A DNA stretch of 64,000 bases from the NCBI GenBank assembly GCA_051362555.1, contig CM120646.1, forward strand, positions 15,748,001 through 15,812,000, written 5' to 3'. How positions within the stretch are numbered: the first letter of the stretch is position 1; each line of letters starts with the position of its first letter. A program made the position numbers and the translations under genes. Of the stretch, positions 49,056 to 60,064 are shown in pieces. Below the pieces are notes generated by a model. The model worked only from the letters and a program-made list of their open reading frames with translations, made no database searches and was not told the origin of the DNA. This DNA is from Lingula anatina. Lineage: Eukaryota > Animalia > Brachiopoda.

Positions 49056-52000
49056 TGCATGTTGGATCAGTTCTTGTTTATTGGTAAATTCCAGATCACA
49101 CACAGGACACTTCAGACTGGTCCAGGGGATGGTGGCAGAGGCAGAGTCAAACTTCTGCTCAGTTGCCTGCAAGAAAAAGGAAAACAAATCATGAAATAAT
49201 TCTATTAAGTATAACAGCTTTAATGAAAAAACTCCCATAATGTAACTTTTTTTTTTACCAATGTCAAAATACCTATGCAACTTACTGAAGACAATGGTAT
49301 TTTGAAACAATAATGACAAAAGGTATTTTTCATTTTTGTATAACCTTTTCATGGAATGCGCTGTAAAATGGACAAAATATCAAGTCAAATGAGGAAGTAA
49401 AATTAAAAGTTTGAAAAATGAAAAAAAAAAAAGAAATACATTTTAATAAACATAAATAAATTTGCCCACTATCCAAAATGTTATGATTATAAAGCTGCAC
49501 AGTACCTGTGGCAAATCTGAGGTGCCCTCACCCACCTCCCCGAGTCCCACGTCCTCCGCAGCATGTGTCAGAGTGTGCAGGTTGAGGAGGGTAGCATCGT
49601 CAAACGTCAGGTCACAGTGCGTGCACACCCAGCCCGTCCCTGCATTGTTCTGCTTCTTGTACAGAGACTTGATGGAACGCTTGATGGCAGAGCTGTAACG
49701 ACTCTGCTTTAACCTAACAAATAAAACCACTTGGTACTCTCTCTGTCTTCACAGTTTGCATAAATAGTATCTGATTTTAATGCTTGTCTAATAAGACTGA
49801 TAATAACAATGATTCTGCTGCTGCTACAGTGTCAGTTATATCTACAGTCTCTTGGAGATTGGAATGTTCAGTGTTCAGTACTTCTCAGGTGCAAATGTTT
49901 CTTTAAGTATTTATAACAAGTTTTATTAATAAGTGTTTTGTATTTGTCCAAGAGTAACTTTTCCCAAAACAATTATTCAGTCAACTTATTTATCGATCCC
50001 AACACCTACTTGTTGAGATACATGGTTTTCTTCATCTTCTTCCAGGACTGAAAGGTGGAACCATTAGCGCCCTCAGAGATACCCGAGGTGCCAGCGCCTC
50101 CCCCTTCTCCCCAAGATGTCTCCTGTAAGAAACAAAATCAAAGTTAACTTCGGCATCTCTATTTTTTAATACACAATCAACCATAATTTGTCTTTTTCAA
50201 GATAAACAATCAACAATGAGATGCCTTTTCCAAGAAACACAATCAACAGTATGTTGTCTTTTAAAGATGTACAATCAACAATAAGATCTCTTTGAGACAC
50301 ACCATCAACAATGAGATGTCTTTGTAAGAAACGCAATCAACAATATAATGCCTCTTGTGAAATGCACAATCAACATAATAAAATTTGATCCTGACTGATA
50401 TGTCTTCCATAAGACACAATCAGAAATAAGATCCTGTACAATTCCTGTACAACCCGTAATTTACAATAAGATTATCCAGCGAAATTAATATGTATTAGTA
50501 AATCAAACTTGATTTCAATCTTTGAAGAGGCAGTCTCACCGCTTTAATTTCATCTTGTTTCTTGGGTGGTCTCCCTCTTTTTCTAGGTGCGCCAGGTTTT
50601 TGAGGAACACTTTTCCTCTTAGAAGACTTGGCGTCCTCCCCATCATCAAATTCAGCACTCTCGTGAGTCAACAGGTGGCGCTGCAGCATAGCAGATGTCT
50701 TGAAACGCTTGTTGCATTCAAAACAGGGCCATTGGTTGTCCATGCCTTCGAGGTCTGAAAAGAAAAAAAAATTAATTAATTTAATTCATATTTTGCACCT
50801 CTATGTGTCATGACCTCTTGAAACTTAAAAGAGGAAAATTTTTTAAATGTCTAGAAATAATGTCTTTATAGGCATAGCAAACAGCAATAAACCAACTGTT
50901 TTAAAGATGTAGGAACAGATTATCATTGTAATGATAAAAATTAATGAAATATGTCACTAAGAGGATAGTGCATATAAATTTTTCCAAAGCTAAAACTTGA
51001 TCATGCTTCAATAAATCAAAAACTTAATGATAAAACAAGATCCAACTTCAGCTTATCACTCACTGAGCTGATCTTCCAGGTCAGCCTTGAACACTGGTTT
51101 GCCAAGCTTCTCAGCATAGTGGGCAGCATACCACACCTGAAAAAAATAACATTTACATAAATGTTACTCAGGGCCTTAATGTCAGTATTTCTTGCTTAAT
51201 GAATACCGATAAATATCTCCTATGTTTGGTATGTATATCATACACATTTTCAATCAACTTCAACTTGATGAAAACATCTGATTCATCACAATTTTACAAG
51301 TCAAGTCAAGTGTCTTTCCTCCAGAAAGATGATTTCTTTGTCAATGAAATGTCAATCAAACAATCAGTCAAACCAATAAATTGATCAATCAATGCCCCAG
51401 CACTGACCTTCAGTTCCTCTCTGGGTTCAATCTCTCTGGTGACACTGAAGAAGATGTCCTCCCCATGCTGGTAAACCACACAGTTCTGCTCCTTGAAGTT
51501 CTGAGCAGCTCTCACAAACATCATCCAGTTACACTTGTTCTCATCTGACGTGTTGAAGTACATCTCCTGGCTGTCTGTTTTGATAAGCTGGAGAAGTGAA
51601 CATATCATAGATATCAGCTATATAACATAAGTACATCTCCTGGCTGTCTGCTTTGATAAGCTGGAGAAGTGAACATATCATAGATATCAGCTATATAACA
51701 TAAGTACATCTCCTGGCTGTCTGCTTTGATAAGCTGGAGAAGTGACCATATCATAGATATCAGCTATATAACATAAGTACATCTCCTGGCTGTCTGCTTT
51801 GATAAGCTGGAGAAGTGAACATATCATAGATATCAGCTATATAACATAAGTACATCTCCTGGCTGTCTGCTTTGATAAGCTGGAGAAGTGAACATATTAC
51901 ATATATCAAGGAGAACATCTCCTGTTAAACAACAGCTCTACACTTTCTCTCCTATATTATATCATGTTAATGGAATTATTTTTCCTACCTGTAGAGGAAA

Positions 52001-55000
52001 TTCCTTATTGGTGACACTGTCCATGTCTGGGACAAGCTCTCCTACAAATGGACCAAACTGGGTTCTCTTTGGTACCATCTTTTTGGCAAATACACCTATG
52101 GCATCTGGAACAAATGGTGTAAAATGTGTGAAGTATGGGCATTTTTTCCTCACAATGTAATTATTAAAGAGCAGGCATAAACTGTAAAGACTGCTGCACT
52201 TGGTTATGTAAATAGAGGCCATTATTAAATCTAATTTTAATCATGTACATGTACATGTTTACAGTACTGGGACAAAAGTTCAGTGTAGATTTAAAATTTA
52301 ACTAATATCATCATTACCATTAATAGGAGTCAGTTATTTGTCGAAATAAATAAATAAATATCCAAACTCACTTGGGTCATCAGCTATTCTGAAGATCTGC
52401 AGCATTCCAGGTAGACTGGACCATGCCCTGGACAGCACTACCTTGTCATAGACAGGGAGCAGTCTATGTGCTGTACACTCACTCTCATAGCTCTGCTGGC
52501 ACTCCTCACACCCTGCAATATACAACAATAAGAACAGTAGTCTGTGTGCTGTACACTCACTCTCATAGCTCTGCTGGCACTCCTCACATTCTGGAATATA
52601 TGACAACAACTACAGCTTAATTTTTATTTTAAAAAAATCTGAAAACAAGGTGTAATGAAATTTCACACAATTTCATGGCACATACCCTTCATAACCCACA
52701 CCAAAATATTCAAATCAATGAAAATACAAGCAGTGTTTGATCCTATAAACTTACACAATTCGCTGGTGTTGTAAGGCTTTGAGACATACTGTGGTCTGAC
52801 AGGTGGACCTGTATCCTTCTCAATACTCAGTAAGCGGGAGGATTTTCTGGTCTGAAAAAACAAACATAAGAGCTGAAGTGCGAAACAGATACTTAAAAGT
52901 TGTTGTGTAATTTTTCTCTTTTTTGTGTATGTTTTATTTTCTTTTTTCCACCTAACCCAAAGAGACAGTCCACAGTGACGGGGGAGGCTAGAAAAATCAA
53001 AATAAAATCTAACTGCTTTCTACGGAGATAAAATAGACCTTTTTAATAAAGTTTAAAAATGCAGGCATCAAAGACTCTACGTTCGGAATAAATTCAACTT
53101 GCAAATTTCCCAATAAATCCTGAATACTTTAATCTCCAAATTCTTTCAGGTCTCTTTTTTCCCCTTTTCTCACCAACAATCACCCTATGGCGATGCAAAC
53201 TCAAATATTTTTAGATCAACTTTTGAAAAAAGTTTTGAGCCCATAAACTTTTCTTTGGCTAATAATTCCTCTTTTACATAAGAGTTTAAATCCCTGTTTA
53301 TAACATACTTACTGGCCTAGACCAACTTGCTGTGGCTTGGTCAATATTGCTGTCGTCATCCACATTCAGATCTCCATTCATAAAAGAACTATCAACACCT
53401 TCATTTGTGGTTGCTGAAATATTAAATTTAGGTTTTCAGTCCCCTTTTAAAACTGACAAAATGACATTTCTCAAAGTGACAAGCAGCTGTCAAAAACACA
53501 TCATATAACATGCTACAGTGAGTCAAACATACTAAAATGATTTACTGCTACAATGTACTTACAAATTAACCAATTAAATCAGAAATCCCATAGCAATAAA
53601 AAAACAGGATTCTATGAAACAAGGCTGCCAGAACTGATGCCATACAAGAAATGCTAGAAATACTAGAAAAGATGCAAAAATTCCTCCTAAATACAAAAAG
53701 ATCATGTGAACTCACAGTCATCTATCCCTGTGGTGTCAATATTGCCAGTGGTCTCCACATCCACAGAGTCCTCTCCCACTGAGGCCTGCTCCAACATGTG
53801 ATGCTGCCCTGAACTGACTGGCATGGATGAGTCCAAACCAGCCAGGTTGTTCACTTCAGAGTCGTCAAAATCATCTGTAAATAATATTGGACAAGGAATA
53901 GTCACTAGACATGAACAAATGAAACGAAGACATCAATTCACATTTTCTAATTATGACATCAATTCACATTTTCTAATTATGTCTTTTTGTATCTTCTCAA
54001 CCTTGACAAATGTATATTAAAGGCTTTGAAGATTAAAAAAATAATAAAATTTTATTAGTTTTTAAAGATTTGATAAAAATTAGAGATCATGTACAGAGAA
54101 AGATACGTGGTAAATTGATCCGAAAAAGGTGCCTGGATACAGTTATTTACTTCATGAATATGCTAATACCAATGTTTATTGAGTGATTAGTGACAAAATA
54201 TCAAAAACCACAATTAAAGTCTATTTAAACAGGTAAAATTTATCTCTGACACCTTTTAAATACACATCAGCTCACCTTCCTGGTTAATACATGTAGGGCT
54301 GTCTCCTTGGGTGGTGTCTGGCTCATTTTGGTAACTCTCCAGTCTCTCTAACATTGGAGCCTTAAAACATAAGAAACCTTAAGAATAACACCATACATAT
54401 ATGACATTTTTTTGAGACTTAATGAAATACCACATTTCTGAATAATGTTTATTACAGCTGCAACTCATAATAATCATAAAAATCGTAATATTTCAGAGCT
54501 GTGCTTATGTTGCTCAGCAACAATATAGAACATTACAAGTAACCAATTTATCCTTACAGTTGGTTGCTTAGCAATTGTTCATTGCTCATACATAGCAACA
54601 TAAAACCAAGAACTCAACTTACCCTAACTGGTGGTTGCTGGGCAGCAGCCTCGTTGCCAAGCACCAGGTTCAGGGAGCTGACCGTCTGATCCACTTCTTG
54701 GTCTGCATTACCATGGACCACCAAAGGTGAAGCCTCTGATGTCCCTGCTTCGACATGGCTGCTGTAGGAAGGCCCCGCTTCCATGTGACCTCCATAGGTG
54801 GCACCAGCCTCGCTGTGATTGCTGATCATAGAACTATGTCCTCCTGTTCTCTGATGATGAGCAGAGAAAGAAGCCGTGGCCTCCCCCTGTGTCATCAAGG
54901 AATGCAGAGTGGGATGGGACGAGGCTGTGGTCAGGGTCGGGTTTAACATTGCCATTGCTCCTGACGAGACAGAGTCCTGAAATAAGCAACAAAAAGTTGA

Positions 55001-56617
55001 GCAGTGTTCAGTTTCCTCTTGCTTATTTGAAAAGCTTTCTTTTTCTTCTGTCATAAACAAAATTTAAAAAAAAAATAAAAAAAAAAAAGAGGGGAAAGTT
55101 TTTTTTTACCAAATTATAAATTCTTCCCCTGGTATGCTGAAAGCAATTTTTTTCTCAGCTCTGTGATCAAAATTATGTCCAAACATTTCAAAAATATTTA
55201 AGAACTAGCTTAATTTTCATCTATCTAAAACTGATAAATACAAATTAAGAAAGTGCACTGTAAAAAATCCTATACCACAGGCATAAGGTGAGATTGCACT
55301 GTGTCTGCCTCCCTGGCCAAGCCAAGATCTGATTGGTTCCTGGAAAGGGTGGAGGTCACATTAGAGCTCAGTTCTGATTGGCTCCTGCTGGGGGTCATGA
55401 CTCTTGGTACAGAGGATGACACTGGCTGCAGCAGCTGAAGGTTTGTATAGCTGGCCTGCAATCAAATACAGCATTCATCATCATCATCATCAACATCATC
55501 AACATCAACAGCAGCAATAGAGGATTGCTATTAATAAAATCGATGTGTGCTTGGAGAATGAATTGTTGGGGGAAGTTTAAACTTGTCAGGCAAGCCACAG
55601 AAGTGAGGAAGCTACACAGGAGAAAAAGTAGGAAGCATCCACCTTGCAAGATCCGAGTACAGATGGCCAACCACAATCAAAAGTATTCCCAAAAACCCAA
55701 TACCAAATTTCCAAAATGGCCAGAAAAAAACAAATAAAAACTAAAACACAGAAATGGGCAAAATTTTGAAAGAAACAAAGGGGTATTTTAAAACCCTCAC
55801 TCCATCTTGGAAATCCATGGAATCCCTGCCAACATCAGCTCCCCTGGACAAGTGATAGTAAATTTTCCAACTACTAAAGCAAAGGCGACCCTCCATTTTA
55901 TCATTTTAGCATCAGTGTCAAAAAGAAAATTAGGGTAAAATGAGGAAGCAAAAAGGGACTCTGCAATTGTTGTCCTACCTGCAATGTCCTGTGAATGTTT
56001 GGGTCCAGCACCTGCAGCGGGATGACATGTCCCTCCTGGTAGGCATGCATGATGTCACCACCACCAGATGTCGCCTCTTGGTACTCTGTAGAGGGCGCCA
56101 AGCGGTCAAATGTCGTATGTGGCAACTGGAACACAGCTGACTGACCCGTGGGCAGTGTGATGCGATAGGGAAGGTTACTCCCATCTGTTAGCTGGAGGAC
56201 AAAATCGTAAATTGAGTGAAGTAAAAGGTTCTGTTCAGTGTCTTCAATTTACCTTAAAAACTAACTTTTGAAATATGTAAAAAAAAAAAAAAGAATGAAA
56301 AATAAGGAAGATAATTCAAAAATAAAAGACATCCCTGCACTGCAGTTAACTTCAAAATCAAAACAAATATTCAACATACAGTAATTGAAAAATTTTGATT
56401 AAAAAAAGTAAAAACATTCAGACAAACTCCAGCTTTTGACTACCTGAAATTGCTGCCCATCAAACTGTGCATGAGAAAATCCTGGCAGCTCTTGCTGCTG
56501 GGACACCAGACCATGAACGCTGGGCGTGAACGACCCACTGCTCACGGAGGTCACATGCTGAGAGTCGCGTGACCAACTGGATGACGGCCCTGCATGGTCA
56601 TCTCCTCCTGGATCCAT
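45590..56617 (-). CDS. PRDM10: PR/SET-domain C2H2 zinc-finger protein PRDM10, ~22 coding exons
   Basis: Probable start MDPGGDDHAG at 56617; zinc knuckle WCEEC..ECTAH; PR domain (GVFAKKMVPKRTQFGPFVG, CNWMMFVRAAQNFKEQN, ELKVWYAAHYA); fingers with PRDM10-typical FPRPDKLKLHMLRH, FKRKDKLKEH, GFKRRGMLVNHLAKRHP, RDYYCQYCDK, SKRKAHIMKNHPG, ADLLTQAMSEL; stop at 45590-45592. Confidence 0.95.
46921..47022 (-). repeat. Two-copy 51-bp duplication spanning a PRDM10 5' splice site
   Basis: TTCTACCT..TCACCTGGCTATTCT.CATGGGCTGACCACCCTGCTGGTCA occurs twice; real donor CAG|GTGAGT at 46986, copy CAG|GTGAAC at 46935. Confidence 0.9.
49013..49051. repeat. (CT)n/(GA)n microsatellite directly after a PRDM10 donor
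   Basis: Direct reading; on the - strand CAG|GT runs straight into (GA)n. Confidence 0.95.
50114..50432 (-). repeat. ~32-bp degenerate minisatellite starting at a PRDM10 3' splice junction
   Basis: CAATCAAC recurs at ~50174, 50207, 50240, 50272, 50302, 50334, 50367. Unit AGATGTCTTTGTAAGAAACGCAATCAAC resembles the junction sequence AGATGTCTCCTGTAAGAAACAAAATCAA at 50115. Confidence 0.75.
51556..51897 (-). repeat. 73-bp tandem repeat (4.7 near-perfect units) containing a PRDM10 3' splice site and 32 nt of exon
   Basis: AAGTACATCTCCTGG starts at 51556, 51629, 51702, 51775, 51848. On - each unit reads ...TCACTTCTCCAG|CTTATCAAA.CAGACAGCCAGGAGATGTACTT. Confidence 0.97.
52458..52605 (-). repeat. 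Two-copy 78-bp duplication of the PRDM10 zinc-knuckle exon start and its acceptor
   Basis: CEECQQSYESECTAHRLL is encoded twice; acceptors CAG|GG at 52512 and CAG|AA at 52590. Confidence 0.93.
54509..54599. promoter_or_regulatory. Cluster of RFX X-box-like palindromes in a PRDM10 intron
   Basis: GTTGCTCAGCAAC (54509-54521), GTTGCTTAGCAAT (54563-54575) and half-site CATAGCAAC (54591-54599). Confidence 0.4.
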
Positions 56618-56656
56618 GGTGAGATGGGTAGGAATCCTGCAATGATGATATATAGG

Positions 56657-56658
<2 letters not shown>

Positions 56659-56740
<82 letters not shown>
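56659..56740. repeat. (AT)n microsatellite, ~40 units
   Basis: Direct reading; lies just upstream of the first coding exon of PRDM10. Confidence 0.97.
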
Positions 56741-56742
<2 letters not shown>

Positions 56743-58006
56743 GGTACTAGGACATACTGATTTTCTTATACTTTTTTCACATTTTCAAAATCTTATAGCA
56801 TACTTGATACAACATTTTTCTACTTCATAACTGCATTCATTTCGTAACCTCTGGTACAACTAATTCAATTATCACAAAAATCAAGAAAATTTTGAAGAAA
56901 TGGTTATCTTTACTTCAGTTTACCTCCTTTCCATTTTGTATACTTTGTAAAACAGTGGTTTTAATTTATTAATCGTTTCAATTATTTTTCATTCAATTTT
57001 AAATATCCTTTATAAATTTGGTAATATTATTTACCAACTTTATTTTGAAGGGTTGGAGTGAAGACAAACTATATAATCTTTTTGTCCATAGAAAAAAGTT
57101 ATGTTTAGGCACATTTGTTTAGTCTGTATTGACCATTATATTAAATTGAAAAGTCATAAGAAGGGGTACGTACGCAGTATATATGGTAGAAAATTTGGGC
57201 ATTTTGGACTTCATACTGGTTATAAAACTATATTCAGAAAAGGGAAAGAGACAAAGAAGGAATGCAAATGTTCAGGCTAATAAAAGTATAATTCCTCAGG
57301 TCAAAGAACTAAGGTCAGGGGCAAGTGAGATAAAATAAGTGCAGTGTTAAAAGTGCACATGGTACAAAAGACTTCCACCTCAACATTTCTGGACCCCTGC
57401 ACCACATACAGCACGTGCTGAATGTTAATGAACAGTATTCAATACTTATTCAGTTGTAGTGCCACAACCGTTGTTGTAATAATTCGCAAAGATTTGTTCA
57501 ATAAAAATTAATGATAAGACTTTTCTAATAATGACATAATGCAAGTGGAAAAGATATTAACCAGTTTTGTGAGCTCTGCATTGATGCACGCAAATCTCAG
57601 CAAGGACAACAAAATGGCGTCAGGCTTGCGCCATTTGATTACACTGTAAAATCTAGACATTTTCAAGCCTGTGAAACCTTATTTAAATGCAAACAGTTGT
57701 TTTAAACTCGCAATAGAGATGGAGCATGTCGGCGAGGCAAACAACACCAGTAGTGTTTGACCCAGTTGTGAGTCAAGAGTGGATAGGAAGGTTCCAACAG
57801 GACAAAGGCGAGTGGGGTGGGGGTGACGGCTGAGCCCAACTTTCAACTTTTAATTCACGGCTCACTTGCAGAATCACGCACAATTTCTTCACTCATAAGA
57901 CTAAAAATATTTAATATATTATAACACGAGCAAATCGCTTTCATCCTTACATTTTATTTTGCAGATATTACATTTATTATATTGGAATTAATTATGTCCC
58001 ACCTAC

Positions 58007-58202
58007 CTGAATTCCTCTCCAAGTCTCGTAACCTCTCGCACTTTTCCTAAACTCTCGCAGGTCTTTGCCTCTTTTTCAAACTGTGTCATCATGGTGGAGC
58101 CGTTCGAATCCGAGCTGACGATAGTGCAAATATATTACAAAACATTTGAATTAAATGAAACTAACGATTGTATAGATTGTGCAAATGACCAATAATCTCA
58201 AG
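58007..58202. promoter_or_regulatory. Head-to-head PRDM10/CCDC191 promoter and probable PRDM10 non-coding first exon
   Basis: Minus-strand donor CAG|GTAGGT at 58007/58006, locally raised CpG, and the CCDC191 ATG at 58203. Confidence 0.45.
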
Positions 58203-60025
58203 ATGTCGAACAGAAAACCCGAGTTATACCGCTGGAAGCGTATATCAGAGCCTAAAATGGTATACTCTAGGTCCCAGGTAAGATCCCCAAAACAAACATT
58301 GAAACACCTGGAACTTCAGATGTCAAGTCAAAGAAACTACTTTAGCCAAGAAATGATACACAGTGAAATAGTATGTGCGCTGGAAATTGGGTTGCATGAT
58401 AATTTGCATAGCTTTCCCTACACTGTTTCCAACCCTTTTTACACAAGGTGTCACACATTTTTGATACAAAATAGCTTTTCAAAACAAGATTTTACTTTTT
58501 TTTTTAAGTATTATATTGTATACATTATTTATTTTTGTCAATTTTTCTTTTTTGTCATTTTAGAAAGTTACAACCACAGATGATGTTCAGGATTGGATAA
58601 AGGTAAAAAAGCTGTGTTATTAGTTATGGTTCACAATACTTACAGGGATTATAATATTAGCGGGGGAATAAAAACGATCAGATCCAAAAAATTGGCAGAA
58701 GCCTTTACATGCAACCATGTCCTAGTGCTTTGTAAAGTTTTCTTTGAACTTCTGTGATTTTAAAAATAATTTTTAGATTTATTTTCAAAACCCACTTGGC
58801 TAGAGATGAACTATGTTTAATTCTATACACACATGATTTTCTGTTTGTTCCAGAAAGTGGAAGATGCTTCAAATATGGCTGCGGCTGCCACATTCGGTAT
58901 ACAATATGGTGGAGGCAGAAACTTAGGCAAAGCCAAGGCAAACAAAGTCACATCTCTTTTGAGAGAAGATGATGCTGCCTTAACTGAAGGTAGATAGAAT
59001 AGTGGGACATTTGTTCACTGGTTCCTTCGGTGAAGATATAAGTCTTTAAAGTATAATTATTACACCTGTCATACCTGATGAGTTATAGCTATGTCTGTAT
59101 AAAATATAGTTCCAATGTTTTCGTTTGACTCTCAGCCCAAGACCTGCTCACCCAGTGGATGAGTGACAAAGTCGATGTGGATGCGGAGTTGGAGTATGTG
59201 GAAGAGAAAAGCAGGCGATCACCATTGGTGGAAAACTCCGTCAAAATGGAGTGGGACCACCTACTGCAGGATGCTGGGATAGAAGACCTCAGCACAGATG
59301 ACAATGGAGACTTTAAGTTGCCAATGCCTGCAGAGGGTATGCTCTAAAGTTGCTTACTTATCAATAGCTATAAGTGCTGAGGTTGTGCTTTATTTGAATT
59401 TATTTGTATTTAAGAACCTTTGAATGTCATTGGTTTTATCAAATAATATCTATTTCTGAGTCAAGCTTGAGTCATGCATGGACAGTTGTTATATTAATTA
59501 TTCTTTTACAAGAAATCAAACAAGATGAAAGTTATTACTGGTGTAATTTATACCGTGCTTGATAAATTGTAAAGTTTTAAATTACTGAAGTATAGTAAAA
59601 TATGTATTTTTTTTCTGATATTATTTGAAACTCTCTTGCATTGTCAGCTAATATACAGCTTCAGCTTGAAGAGTGTTTGAATTCTTGTGCCATTTGTTTG
59701 CATAAAACAATGATTCTTTTGTCCCACAGAGATCATCCCTGCCTTTTAAAAAATAAGGTGCATTTTGATCTCTGGTCCTCCTATGAAAATGTTCATTACT
59801 AAATGTAATACACAGTGCTTTCTCTCCCAGATCCCTACACAGCTATTGAGCACCAAGATGAAGACATCCTGGTGGACAAGATCATGAGGAGCTTGATGGA
59901 GAAGGAGGTGGTGCCACAGACCTTTGTCAATGACCTGGGATTTAATGAGACAAAGAAACAGAAAGACCCCAGGGTGAAGATGCAGGTCAGGCACCAACAG
60001 GTATGGTTTACATGACCCAATCTGG

Positions 60026-60064
<39 letters not shown>

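Noticed and set aside
51556-51897. 73-bp repeat as a tRNA cluster or CRISPR array
   Set aside because: No cloverleaf or A/B boxes and no spacers; the unit is a copy of the PRDM10 splice junction.
45590-56617. PRDM15 or PRDM4 as alternative identity
   Set aside because: The finger sequences and the ADLLTQAM motif match recalled PRDM10 specifically.
56594-56830. ORF with (YI)n run
   Set aside because: Translation of the (AT)n microsatellite.
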